Source: the human T2T-CHM13v2.0 reference genome, Homo sapiens. Taken from it: a DNA stretch of 64,000 nt. The notes under the pieces are model-generated. The model was given only the letters and a program-made list of their open reading frames with translations. It was not told the DNA's origin and did not search any database. Positions 1 through 13,945 of this stretch are shown piece by piece. The translations under genes and the position numbers were made by a program. How positions within the stretch are numbered: the first letter of the stretch is position 1; each line of letters opens with the position of its first letter. Location of the stretch: the NCBI RefSeq assembly GCF_009914755.1, contig NC_060932.1. The stretch is one strand, 5' to 3'.

Positions 1-928
1 CCACATTTCCCTTCTGCACTGCCCTAGCAGAAGTTCTCCATGAGGGCTCTGCTCCTGCAGCAAACTTTTTCTTGGACATTCAGCATTTCCATACATCCTC
101 TGTAAATCTAGGCAGAGGCTCCCAAACCTCAGTTTTTGACGTCTGTGCACCCGCAGGCCCAACACCAAGTGTAAGCTGCCAAGCCTCAGGGCTTGCACCC
201 TCTGAAACAATGCCCTGAGCTGTACATTGGCCCCTTGTAGCCACAGCTCAGATGCAGGGCACCACATCCTGAGACTGCGCAAAGCAGCAAGTTCCTGGGC
301 CCTGCCCACAAAACTAGTTTTCTCTTCTAGACCTCTGGGCCTGTGATGGGAGGCGCTGCTGTGAAGGTCTCTAACATGACTGAGAGAAATCTGTCCCATT
401 GTCTTAGTGATTAACATTTGGCTCCTCATTACTTATGCAAATTTCTGCGGCAGGCTGGAATTTCTCCCCAGAAAATGGGTTTTCCTTTTGCATTGCATCG
501 TCAGGCTGCAAATTTTCCAAAGTTTTATGCTCTGTTTCCTCTTGAGTGCTTTACAGCTTAGACATTTATTCTGCCAGATACCCTAAATCATCTCTCTCAA
601 GTTCAAAGTTGCACAGGTCTCTAGGGCAGGAGCAAAATGCTGCCAGTCTCTTTGCTAAAGCATAGCAAGTGTCATCTTTGCTCCATTTCCCAACAAGTTC
701 CTCATCTCCATCTGAGACCACCTCAGCCTGGACTTCATTGTCCATATCACTATCAACATTTTGGTCAAAACAATTCAACAAGTCACTAGGAAGTTCCAAA
801 CTTTCGCACATCTTCTTCTCTTCTTCTGACCTCTCCAAACTGTTCCAACCTCTGTTACCCAGTTTCAAAGTTGCTTCCACATTTCAGGTATCTTTATAGC
901 AGCACCCCCTCTACTGGTAGCAATTTAC
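1..928 (-). mobile_element. THE1 (ERVL-MaLR) internal region, continues beyond window start
   Basis: On the minus strand it begins GTAAATTGCTACCAGTAGAGGGGGTGCTGCT directly after the LTR. ORF 566-880 (GWNSLERSEEEKKMCESLELP...DQNVDSDMDNEVQAEVVSDGDEELVGKWSK) is the typical THE1/MST internal ORF remnant. Confidence 0.9.
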
Positions 929-1292
929 TGGTTTAGTCTATTCTCATACTGCTATGAAGAAATACCTGAGACTGGGTAATTTATAAAGGAAAGATGTTTA
1001 ATTGACTCACAGTTCCACATGGCTGGGGAGGCCTCAGGAAACTTACAATCATGTAGGAACACATCTCTTCACAAGGTGGCAGGAGAGAGAATGAGTGCAA
1101 GCAGGGGAAATGGCAGAAACTTAAGAAACCATCAGATCTCATGAGACTCATTCATTATCACAGGAACTGCATGGGGAAAACTGCCCCCATGATTCAATCA
1201 TCTTCACCTGGTCCTGCCTTTTACATATGGAGATTATGGGGATTACAATTCAAGGTGAGATTTGGATGGGGACACAGAGCCAAATCATATCA
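929..1292 (-). mobile_element. THE1 5' LTR (THE1C/D-like)
   Basis: Minus strand TGATATGATTTGGCTCTGTGTCCCC...TTTATAAATTACCCAGTCTCAGGTATTTCTTCATAGCAGTATGAGAATAGACTAAACCA; about 364 bp with TG...CA ends. Confidence 0.92.
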
Positions 1293-2460
1293 ATTGGTAT
1301 CTTCCTCAGCATATTCTTTCATTGTTTATTAAATATTTTCCTACAGGCCCTCCTAAGGACATGGTCAGAAAGTGGATTGCCTGTCCTTACATGTTATATG
1401 TACAATACCATGATGACGCCTGTAAGCCTTTCCTCCCCATTTCCACTGTTTCCTACATCAGATCTGGCATTTCTTTCTTACTTAATGACGGTGATCATTT
1501 TTAATAGTCATTCTAGGAGTTTGTTAGCATAATTTCCTTGAATTCTGGTCAAAGTATTACGTTCCAGGAAATTGCTCTCAAATTAATAAGGTCTCCCATA
1601 TCCAATTTTGTTATTTTTCCCCTTTGATCTAACACCCTGAGCATATATCCTGCCTTCTCCTTCTGGTCCTGCAACTCTTTCTTGATATTATTTCTTTCCT
1701 CCTTTAGCAGGTCTGGCAATTAGTAACACTATTTGACTCAAGTTATGGATAAGTGGACAGGAGGTCAATGTGTGTAATATCCTGAGGAATCCTGAGGAAG
1801 CATATGTTGTCTTGCAGGACAGAGTCCTCTGGTCATCTTCAAGGAAAGTGGAGTGCTAGCTCTTTAATAAAAAGGAGCTGACTATTTCTGCAATCCAAGT
1901 GCATCAACCTAGACGTGCTTATCCCATTGTCCAAGGTCTGTTTTTTTTCATCAGGGAACTGAGCTTGGCATAGCATATTTTTCTGGCTTGGGAATTAATC
2001 TCTAGAGCTCTTCTCTTCTTATGACTAAGTTCTGTGCTCAGTTCTAAGCTCTCTTTGCTCTCTAGGTTCAGGAAATTAGTTTCCCAACAAGTTGGTTCTA
2101 TAGCTTTTACCCTTAGTTTTTAATTATTAATTATTATCAGCTTTTAAAGTACCAATTTTCCCTAGAAACCACTGTTAAATTGTTTACATAAATTGTAATT
2201 CTCCTATATTTCATAATACCTGATATATCCTACTGGTTCATTTTCATCTACCAATACAATTTCTAGTTTGGCACATTCTAGCTTACCATTTACCATTACT
2301 ACTGGTAAATGTTACCATTGGTAACAATTGCAATGCTACTTTATTCCAGGGGCCATGTATACTGACTGCATATGCTGCCAACAATAGGAATACTCACTGG
2401 GGATCATCCAACTCCAAAATCCCATTTAAGCGTCTGCTTCCTAGGACAATTCCAATACCA
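1293..2460 (-). mobile_element. ERVL internal remnant (ERV3-16A3/HERV16-like leader and gag)
   Basis: Minus strand starts TGGTATTGGAATTGTCCTAGGAAGCAGACGCTTAAATGGGATTTTGGAGTTGGAT next to an LTR16-like end. Around 1590-1680 it translates to LRVLDQRGKITKLDMG, resembling ERVL Gag WILRVxDxGGxNIKLD. Confidence 0.7.
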
Positions 2461-2461
2461 G

Positions 2462-2790
2462 TGTTATAGGTTAGGTTTCCTGGGAGGCAGACTATGAGAT
2501 GCAGATTAGCATATGCAATGTTTATTACCAAGTGCTCTCAGGATAAAAATCTGCTGTGGGAAGATTAAGAGGCATAGAATAGGAAAATTTGGGAGAAAAG
2601 TCTAAAACTGAGGTGGCTCTTCAGAGCAATTATTCTTTGGCAACAAGGCCAGCATATAATACTCCAGCACCCAGTTAAGACATGGGCTGCACGTTGGCTC
2701 TTTTTAGCTGGAGTATTTCTCAGTTAGATGGGAATGCTAAAAGCAACCATGGGTGGAGTAAGTGCTTTAACCCTGCAGGAGAGATTTGGA
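2462..2790 (-). mobile_element. LTR16-family LTR (degenerate)
   Basis: TGTTATAGGTTAGGTTTCCTGGGAGGCAGACTATGAGATGCAGATTAGC...TTTATT...GTGCTCTCAGGAT is the reverse complement of the LTR16 3' end with its polyA signal; the far boundary is approximate. Confidence 0.65.
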
Positions 2791-3693
2791 TCACAGTATT
2801 TATGACAGCCTTGCAGGTCATTGGAAGGACTTTGCCTTTTACTCTCAATGAAAGGCAGTTTTAAGCAGAATAGTATGAAATGAAGAAGGAAGAGGGGAAG
2901 ACAGAACAGAAGGTTGGGAACAGTTACATTTCAAGTGTTGCAGGAAGGTAGGAAATTCCATCAAAATCACCTAAGAAGAAACGAGCAAGAATGACATAAT
3001 CATTTTCAAGACATAATTTCAATGGGGAAATAAATAACAGTGTCAATACACCCCAAAGGCAAGACTGGATTTCATAGCTTTGCTTGTTGTGGTCTTTTGG
3101 AAGAAGCTTGAGTATATCCATATGCTGAAAGCAATAAGCAACTAAAGAGTGAAAAGTTGAAAATGAAGAGAAAGAATAATGGCCTGATGCATGATGAGGA
3201 TGAGATCCAAATTTGCTTTTAACAAAATTCTACAGTACTTGAAGAAATACAGAGAAAGAAAGGGAAGAAAACAGAGCAATAACATTAAAGGCAAAATTAA
3301 AGGGCATTGTGCTTGGTGTTCTCAATGAAAGACGAGCATTTGTGGTTAGAATAAAGAGCACTGCAATTCAAGAGTTCAGACATGGAATATTTCTGAGTGA
3401 GGAAACATTAGAGATGGAAGTTTAGAGATAATGTTGCAATAGCTGTTTGGAAAAATAAAAATGATGTCCCTTGTCTATCCAGACCAAAGTCAGCTTGTCA
3501 GCCAAAATGAGGCCTAGTCTTAGAGAGAGATAGGAGAATAAAGACAGAGTGGGGTTTTATATACATTTTCCAAAAATCTAAGAGAAAACACTGTTAACAT
3601 AAAAGTTATTTTTCCTCAAACGTATAAATTTATGATTATCAGTATCAATATGTGAATTCAACCTATTATATTGCTGTTTTATGATATATTATT

Positions 3694-3791
3694 ATAGATT
3701 TAGAAGGTACGATGCCAATTTGTCACATGCCTATAATTCTGGGCTTTCAGTGACCCAGAAAGTGACCATTGTACCCAATAGGTAGTTTTTC
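3694..3791 (-). mobile_element. Old L1PA/PB 3' end fragment
   Basis: TAGATTTAGAAGGTAC...CATTGTACCCAATAGGTAGTTTTTC resembles the L1PA13-16 3'UTR terminus. Confidence 0.55.
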
Positions 3792-3912
3792 TTTTTTATT
3801 TAGTTTAATTTTATTTTACTTTTTGAGATGGAGTCTCGCTCTGTCACCCAGGTGGGAGTGAAGTGTCGTGATCTCAGCTCACTGCAACCTCCATCTCCTG
3901 GGTTCAAGTGAT
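3792..3912 (-). mobile_element. Alu 3' fragment (about 90 bp of right arm plus A-rich tail)
   Basis: TTTTGAGATGGAGTCTCGCTCTGTCACCCAGG...CTCACTGCAACCTCCATCTCCTGGGTTCAAGTGAT. Confidence 0.9.
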
Positions 3913-4284
3913 TTTTATGGCTGCATAGTATTCCATGGTGTATATGTACCACATTTTCTTTATATGATCTATCATTGATGGGCATCTGGGTTGGTTCCAT
4001 GACTTGCCTATTGTAAATAGTGCTGCAGTCAACATACACATTCATGTGTCTTTGTAGTAGAATGATTTATACTCCTTTGGGTATATACCCAGTGATGAGA
4101 TTGCTGGGTCAAATGGAATTTCTGGTTCTAGATCCTTGAGGAATCACCATACTGTCTTCCACAATGGTTGAACTAATTTATATTCCCACTGACAGTGTAA
4201 AAATTTTCCTATTTCTCCACAACCTCTCCAGCATACATTGTTTCTTGACTTTTTAATAATCGCCATTTTGACTGGTGTGAGATG
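3913..4284 (-). mobile_element. L1PA7/8-like ORF2 C-terminal fragment
   Basis: Encodes [46 protein letters not shown] (the ORF2 cysteine-rich domain); contains GATCCTTGAGGAATCACCATACTGTCTTCCACAATGGTTGAACTAATTTA. Confidence 0.88.
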
Positions 4285-4972
4285 CAAACCTGATTTCTGA
4301 TGCAAAGGAATACTACTCAAAATGATTAAAATTATTGTGAAACATCTCACAGCAATTAGGTCAAGTAGAATAAGATTATGTAGCATTATTTTACCTGGTT
4401 TAGAAATGTAATACTCAGATGTCCAGCTCATGGAAAAATAATTTACGATTTAAAGTGTTTTTTAAAATGTTTCCTATCTTATATATTTAATAAGAAAATG
4501 GATCCATGTATTTTAGGAGATAATCCACATAGTTGGCAAATTTTGAACTCATCTGTGTTAATGTATACTAGCAGTGTCTTGAAATATGTGATATCCTGTA
4601 ATTTTACATAGAGTTTTGTAAAATGGAGGGAAGATTGTCAACATTTGATATCTGTACCCTTATCTTTTTATGTATCTATGTCTACATATTTATCTATCTA
4701 TATATATGCATATTAACATTTACTCCTATCCCTGTATCTATATCTATATACTAATATTGATCTATCTACCTATTATTTACCAACCTACCTGGTATTATAA
4801 TTATATATGATCTCTTATATTCTGAAGTCTAAATCAGGTTCATTGCTTCGAAACACAGTTTCCAAACTTCTCTGTCCCCAGTTCTTTATAAATCTTACTC
4901 CAGAATCCTTTTCCCAACAAATAAATTTAAAATGATTATGATGAAATGAAAGAATAAATAAAGAATGGGCCT

Positions 4973-5347
4973 AGATACAGTTTGGCTCTGTGCCCCACCC
5001 AAATTCATATCAAATTGTAATCCCCACGTGTTGAAGGAGGGGCCTGGTGGGAGAGGATTGAATCATGGGGGAGTACTTCCCCCTTCCTGTTCTCATGATG
5101 TAATTCTCATGAGATCTGGTTGTTTAAAAGTGTGTAGCACCTCTCACTTTGCTCTCCTTCTCTTGCTGTCATGTGAAGATGTGCTTGCTTCCCTTTCACC
5201 TTCCACTATGATTGTAAGTTTCCTGTGGCCTCCCCAGCCATGCTTCCTGTACAGCCTGCAGAATTGTGAGTCAGTTAAACTTCTTTTCTTTATAAACTAC
5301 CTAGTTTCAGGTATTTCTTTATAGCAATGTGAGAATGGACCGATACA
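4973..5347 (+). mobile_element. MaLR solo LTR (THE1D/MSTA-like)
   Basis: GATACAGTTTGGCTCTGTGCCCCACCCAAAT...ATGATTGTAAGTTTCCTG...TTTATAGCAATGTGAGAATGGACCGATACA. Confidence 0.9.
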
Positions 5348-5411
5348 AGTTCTTTTGCAAAATAAAATAGTTGTTTTAATGAAATTGACTAATTGTATTT
5401 TATTTAATGTA

Positions 5412-5663
5412 ACCCAGCTGGAGTGCATTGGTGTGATCATAGCTTACTTCATCCTTGAACTCCAGGACTCAAACAATCATTCCACATCAGCCTGCTGAGT
5501 AGCTAGGACTGCAGGTGTGCACCACCACACTTGGCTTTTTTTACTTTAATTTTTTGGAGAGATGGGGTCTTGCTGTGCTGGTCTTGAACTCCTGGACAGA
5601 CTGGTCTTGAACTCCTGGCCTCAAGCAAACCTCCTCCCTTGGTCTCCCAAACCATGCCTGACC
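5412..5663 (-). mobile_element. Degenerate AluJ, tail-less, with an internal 18-bp duplication
   Basis: GGAGTGCATTGGTGTGATCATAGCT...GAGATGGGGTCTTGCT; CTGGTCTTGAACTCCTGG occurs twice (about 5578 and 5601). Confidence 0.8.
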
Positions 5664-7019
5664 CTGAAATTGATTAATTTTAAATGTTAAAGCTTTAAGT
5701 TTAAATGATAAGAAAACAAGTATAAGTTAATAATCCGTTAATTGCTAACATTAGTCAACAGTTTTGAATGATCTGATTGAATTTTGTCAGATTCACTTTT
5801 ATTGAGCTTACTTATGTATTACTTTAAGTACACTGAATGCAGTAAATGGAAAAAATATAATTATGTTTGGCTTTGGATCCTATGTAGAGGCATTTCTAAG
5901 CAAATGTTTTAAAGGACCTTGCTTTGTGAATAGATCAAACAATACTATTGGGTGTGTGTATGTGTGTGTGTGCACATGAGAGAGAGAATTAAGAATTGTG
6001 TTTATCTTCTATATAGACAATGACGATAAGGGAAAAGATAGTTAATTGTTCAAGCCACTGTATAATTTGCAAAAAGAAAATTTACGAGCTCTAACATGTG
6101 TAAATCAAAGCCCTTTGTCTGTTTTCTGTATTTTGCCACTAGGAAAAAAGGAACAAGCTGGGATATTAAAAATATTTTTCTACACTGAATTGCAAATTAG
6201 TCTATGAATACACATTTAGTTGCAAGCAGAAAAAACAATAAATTTATTATATTGATAACTTCTTTCTTCTGTTTCCTTTTTACATACAGTATATCTAAGT
6301 TTTTATGGTTTTAAATCTTAATAATATTATGAAGCCGTGAGTTGAATTTTCTCCTTTGACTTTTGTTGCTAGATTAATATTACCATTGTTTCCCAGATTC
6401 TCCAGGCACAACTCACTTACTTGTTTTTTGTTATTATACTCTTCAAAAATAATTGCTTTATTTTAAAACGTATTATTTTAAGAGGACTCATTTGAACTTC
6501 TAACAAATAACTCACATTTGTTTATGTAATGATCTATATAATATTGCATTTTCCTTTAGCAATAAGTACTCCTGGGATTTACACTGGATTTTAGCAGTCA
6601 TCTAAGGTAGTCTTCCTTGCTCACTATTCTGTCCACATGATCCAGTTCAGACTGTCCATGGTATTAAAACGCATATATATATATACAATCTAGGCATGGA
6701 TAACTGGCTTGAAAAAAATACATACAACTAGTGGCTACTATCCCACTGGATTATTAAATCAATTTTATCCCATTAAAGGCATTTTTACAAACCTACATTA
6801 TGTCTGGCACTATGCTAAGTGCTAGGAATACAAATAAATCTATGTTCTAATTGCTCTTCCAAAGAGCTTATAGGTTAATATGGGAAACATAAATAATTAC
6901 AATATATTTATAATATTTAGCAGAAGCCTTAAGGTATATAAGACTACATTAAAATCATGATACAAGCAGTTACCAGTTCTATATCTTTCACAATTATACA
7001 TACAGTTCCTTGAATAGAC

Positions 7020-7051
<32 letters not shown>

Positions 7052-7076
7052 ATATATATATGTGTGTGTGTGTATG
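7020..7076. repeat. Compound (TA)n/(TG)n microsatellite
   Basis: Read directly from the sequence. Confidence 0.95.
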
Positions 7077-7153
7077 TTTGTGCTACATTTATTGATGTAA
7101 GAGTTGTTGAGTATAAGGCTAAGGGAATGAGTGTGCAACTAAAGTAAGTCAGT

Positions 7154-7227
7154 CTAACACTTACTAAGTTTAACATTTACTAAATAAGTTTAACTCTTGC
7201 TACGTTTAACACTTACTAAGTTTAACA
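7154..7227. repeat. About 16-bp minisatellite TTAACACTTACTAAGT, roughly 4.5 copies
   Basis: CTAACACTTACTAAGT/TTAACATTTACTAAATAAGT/TTAACTCTTGCTACGT/TTAACACTTACTAAGT/TTAACA. Confidence 0.85.
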
Positions 7228-8917
7228 GACCCACCAATTAAGCAGTAATTGCCTGTGCTCGAAAAAATCAGGAAAGTCTTCATAGTAGAAGAGACAATTA
7301 AGTTCAGTTTCCCAAGACACAAAGGAGCTGGCCAAACTGATTTATATAGGACATGAACATTCCAAGCACAATGTAGAACCTGAGCAAAAGCTCAGAGGTA
7401 AGGAATGGAATAGGTCATTCAAGAACTGTGAATGTATTCACATGGCTGTGGGACAGTAGAAGAAGGAAGAGCTCAGGCTGAAAGGTTTGACGGAGAGGCC
7501 AACCACACATTTGATACTTTTAAGTGGTATCGGGACTTTCTGCTTCATTCTGTATGACAGATAAAATGGAACAATGTGGTGAATTTTCTTCTGTTTATCT
7601 TGTTTGTGGCCTCAGAATTTTTATCATGTAACTCCAAACAGTCACTAGCAATATTTTGGAGTAGTCATACTCCATGAGATGATCCCTAACTGGCATCTGT
7701 ACTATATTAAATAATTACAGAATATTAATGAAATGATGATGCTGGCATTTTGGAAAGATTCCCTTGGGGCAGCATGGAGAATGAATTAAATGGGTGCAAA
7801 TAATAGGTAATATTTCTCTTTATATATTAGATCTTGTCAGCCCAATATTTATCTGCTTAGTCAGAAAATGTCTTGAGCACTAAAAAGATATTTTTTTCAA
7901 GAATAGATTTAAGTAGCAGAGAGGATATAATTAGGTGCACTTGGCATTTACAACTGCTAAATTGCCAAAAGGTATATTTTAAATATCTTTAAATTAGATT
8001 TCTGTGTATTCCCCCGAAGATAACATTTACATTTTCAAACTGCAAGAATGGAGAATAAAAACAGTTCCAATCTCCCCGGTTTACCTTTATCTGCTGCTCT
8101 AACCAGTAACTGCCAGCTCATTCATGATAAATGCAGCCAAACTAGAGAGATATAGATATTTGTGTATCACAATAATCATAAATATCACCTTCTAAAAATC
8201 CAAATAACACCTAAGGAAAACACACCTTAAATCTCAAAAATCTTAGTGAAATAAACTCATACTCTTTCCTATCCCCAATAAGTTCTTATTTTTTCTTCTT
8301 AATTGGAATTCCCTCTGAACAGAATTTTAAATATCAGGATACCAGTGCTTCATTTCATTGTCACAAAGAAGAGTCAAGAATTCATACACAATGGGATGAG
8401 AAGGCTTGCAGGGAGAGTGGCAGCTAAGGGTCAGATAAAGTCTTATGTGTTGTTTAGAGTTTGTTATCTAATGTGTACCATTGCTGAATGAGAACATATG
8501 AATAAATTGTATGTAAGAGTTTGCCATGTGACCTACTACTTAAAAGCAGTTCATTTTAGCTCTAATGCTTTGAAGCTCAATTTTACACAGAGATAAAAAT
8601 ATTTTCAGTACAAGTATACTGCATTTAGGGTACAAGTATTTAATGCTATATCTACTCATATATGTACTCACACATAGTATATATCTTCATGATATATACT
8701 ATGACCACTATTGACTGGTGCCTTCTTTGGTCCACAAAAGTTTTCCTGACAATACTATAGAGTTAAGTTGATGGCAAACACAGAGTGAGAGGATTCCAAC
8801 ACAAGTGAATAGAATTTTGAGTCAATATTTAATGGCACATTGTTCAAGATATAATATCTTAGAGAGAGAATGTAAGCCCAAAGCTTCAGTTTTCACAGCT
8901 TTAAAACTACAATTATT

Positions 8918-9237
8918 GGCCGGGTGCAGTGGATCACACCTGTAATTCCAGCACTTTGAGAGGCTGAGGCAGGTGGATCACCTGAGGTCAGGAGTTCAAG
9001 ACCAGCCTGGCCAACATGGTGAAACCCCCTCTCTACTAAAAATATATAAAAAATTAGCCAGGCATGGTGGCAGGCACCTATAATCACAGCTACTCAGGAG
9101 GCTGAGGCAGGAGAATCACTTGAACCCAGGAGGCGGAGGTTGCAGTAAGCCGAGATCACGCTACTGTACTCCAGACTGGGGGACAGAGTGAGACTCCATC
9201 TCAAATAAAACAAAATCAAACAAACAAACAAAGAAAA
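8918..9237 (+). mobile_element. AluS (Sx/Sz-like), full length
   Basis: GGCCGGGTGCAGTGG...CACCTGAGGTCAGGAGTTCAAGACCAGCC; (CAAA)n tail; TSD core CTACAATTAT at 8907-8916 and 9240-9249. Confidence 0.95.
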
Positions 9238-9649
9238 CCCTACAATTATAGAGTTGTTATTCAATCAAAAAAGAAAATGTTAGTGATGGTACTTCCTAAT
9301 ATCTGTAGGCAGCTATGAATATTAGCAGTACTTTTGCCATCACCTGCAACAGATTTCAATTAAAAATCAATTAACTAAAAGTTTCTTGTTTGCAGTTCTA
9401 CCATGCATTTAGATAATTCTTTCTGCTTGAATCACCCCTTAAATATTCTTGAATTAACCTTAGTGTTAGTGTCAGAAATATTTGCCATTTCAACTTTTCA
9501 TGAACAATTGCAAAGATGCATGGTATATAGTAGGTATAAAATTAGAATTTTGCTGGAGCTCACATTTGAATTATGGACTTTTAGATTGGTACCTTCCATA
9601 ACTATACTGAGTAAAATTAGTTACATTAAAAAAAAGCACATCTCTAAAT

Positions 9650-10190
9650 TTTAATCTCAGTTTTCCTGAAATCAGAGCCTTAGACAATGGTGTTCATGCA
9701 GCTGGTATATTTTCGATGTGATCTCAAGCATCAGGTGTAAGGGACAAGATGGGAAATGTGGTGAAGTGAACTAAGGGAAGTGGGTTATACGAGGGAGGGA
9801 GTCAATAGAAAGGTGTGCTATAAAGTTATCTACCACCACATGCACGTGATACCTGATCCTGTGAGAACTTTGGAACAATCTTTAAAATGTCCTTTTAGAT
9901 TTTCTACCCAGGGTAAAAAAAGGGGAAGCATTATACGTTGAATCTAGCTCCCATTGTTCAAGAGTAGCTTAGAGGAAACTCGCTCTGCAACAATTACAGG
10001 TTATGCATATGTGAGGAATGTGCATTTGTGAGTACAGAGATAATCTCTACTGGCATTTCATGTTGCAGCATCATGGAAACTGAGCAAAAAGCAAGCAGTA
10101 CGCAGCATGGGTAAGGAGTGAGACTGTCAGGTTACACCTGCATGAAGTCAATAGGAGCCTTTGTGGAACTGGTCATCACAACAGTGAGTG
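9650..10190 (-). mobile_element. Old ERVL solo LTR (LTR33/LTR41-like)
   Basis: CAGTTTTCCTGAAATCAGAGCCTTAGACAATGG...GATGTGATCTCAAGCATCAGG and GTCAGGTTACACCTGCATGAAG resemble reverse-strand LTR33/41 motifs. Confidence 0.5.
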
Positions 10191-10219
10191 ACAATGTTTC
10201 AATGAACAGTTATTTCCTA

Positions 10220-12092
<1,873 letters not shown>

Positions 12093-12349
12093 ACAATGAG
12101 AACACGTGGACACAGGAAGGGGAACATCACACTCTGGGGACTGTTGTGGGGTGGGCAGAGGGGGGAAGGATAGCATTGGGAGATATACCTAATGCTAGAT
12201 GACGAGTTAGTGGGTGCAGCACACCAGCATGGCACATGTATACATATGTAACTAACCTGCACATTGTGCACATGTACCCTAAAACTTAAAGTATAATAAT
12301 AATAAAAAAAAAGAAAAGAATCAACACCAAAAAAAATGAGGGTTTACTC

Positions 12350-12560
12350 TATATAACTCAATAATATAAAATAATTGTATATAATATATAATAAATATAT
12401 AATGTATATATAGATAGAATAAATTCTCAGCTTAACAGATATGTCAAAAGTAGGATATAGATAGAAATAGATATACATATATAGAGATAGATACAAATAG
12501 ATATATATAGTTATAAATAGATATATATCTATTTATATATACATATTAATATATATAGCA
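12350..12560. repeat. TA/TAGA-rich low-complexity tract
   Basis: Read directly from the sequence. Confidence 0.8.
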
Positions 12561-12908
12561 GGCTCTGCCTTGAATGGAGGATGAGTATAAATATGAACAT
12601 TTATAAAATAAAGCTAAATTTAGGAAAAATGTTACATATATTAATAAGTGATTCTCTTTTGTAAATTAACAACATCAAATTTGTTGTGTGGCAAGTGAAG
12701 TTGAAACTTCATCATTTTATTGTCATCTCTTACCTGGGCATATTGTGATTTAAAATCCTGCAGCAACCAGTTATGTTTAGTATAAGAAAAATACAAGTAA
12801 AATTAAGCTGAAGGAGAACACAAATTAGCACATTTGCAATACAATCATTCTTTCTATGTTCAGTTATAAGCTTTGTAACCTCTACACAATACTTTTAAAG
12901 TTAGGCCT

Positions 12909-13243
12909 CAATAATAAGTTGAATATTTGTGTCACCTCCAAAATTTGGGTGTTGCCAACGTGATCCTATTAAGAGGTAGGGCCTCTAAAACTGGATTAGA
13001 CCATAAAGGCTCCTTCCACATTAATGGGATTAGGGCCCTTATAAAGGAGGCATCATGAAGCTTTGGCTTGCCCTTCCATCTTCAGCCATGTAAGGATGCA
13101 GCAAGAAGATCTCACCCAACCAAATGTGGGCACCTTGATCCTGAACTTCCTAGCCTCCAGAAATATTAGAAAATAAATTTGTGTTTTTTATAAATCACCC
13201 AGTGTTGGGTATTTTGTTATAGCAGCACAAATGGACTAAGACA
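12909..13243 (+). mobile_element. MaLR solo LTR (MSTC/MSTD/MLT1A-like)
   Basis: TTGAATATTTGTGTCACCTCCAAAATT...CACCTTGATCCTGAACTTCCTAGCCTCCAGAA...TTTTGTTATAGCAGCACAAATGGACTAAGACA. Confidence 0.85.
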
Positions 13244-13374
13244 ATCGATTTAATTTAATTGAAGTCATCTTAACAAATATTTACTAAATGATACCATTAT
13301 GTTTTTAGCCCTCTAGGAAGGCTAAAAGAAGAATGACGTTAAAATGTTAAAGGGGAAGAATAAGGATATACATT

Positions 13375-13945
13375 TTAGACTTGATTTGTCATGCATCATT
13401 TTGTGACTTTAGGAAATTAATCTAAGTTGTGGAGGATTTGTTTTTCTCATTTTTAAATGGGTGTGATATAATGTTTGAATATTGTCCCTTCCAAATCTCA
13501 TGTTGAAACTGAACACTCAATGTGGCAATATTAAGAGGTGAGGCCTCTAAGAGGTAATTGGATCATGAAGGCTCTCCCTCAGAATTATATTAATTAATTC
13601 TAGATTCATGGATTGATGGGTTTTCATGGAAGTATAACTGGTGGCTTCATAAGAAGAGCAAAAGAGAACTGAACTAACATGTGAGCATGCTCAGCCCCCT
13701 CACCATGTGATACCCTGCACCAACTCGGTACTCTTCAGAGAGTTCCCAACATCAAGAAGATTTTCACTATATGTGTCATCTTGACCTTGGGTTTTTCAGC
13801 CTTCATAACTAAAAGAAATAAATTCATTTTTCTTTAAATTTATCCAGCTTAAGATATTTTCTAATAAGCAAAAGAAAATGAACTAACATAATGAGGGATT
13901 CAATCAAATAGACTCCATTACTCCCTTTAATTATATAATTCTACA
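13375..13945 (+). mobile_element. MIR (MIR3-like) split by an MST LTR
   Basis: TGTGACTTTAGGAAATTAATCTAA...TTTTTCTCATTTTTAAATGGG, resuming ATGAGGGATTCAATCAAATAGACTCC after 13890. Confidence 0.55.
13462..13890 (+). mobile_element. MSTB-like solo LTR
   Basis: TGTTTGAATATTGTCCCTTCCAAATCTCATGTTGAAA...GCATGCTCAGCCCCCTCACCATGTGATACCCTG...GAAAATGAACTAACATA; flanks ATGGG/ATGAG. Confidence 0.85.

Larger units (their letters stand above)
6780..7795 (-). mobile_element. L2 fragments interrupted by simple repeats
   Basis: TATGTCTGGCACTATGCTAAGTGCTAGGAATACA; AATCAGGAAAGTCTTCATAGTAGAAGAGACA...CATTCCAAGCA...GCAAAAGCTCAGAGG; TTTTGGAAAGATTCCCTTGGGGCAGCATGGAGAATGAATT. Confidence 0.6.

Noticed and set aside
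566-880. 104-aa acidic ORF as a novel protein
   Set aside because: It is the known THE1/MST internal ORF remnant and stops early.
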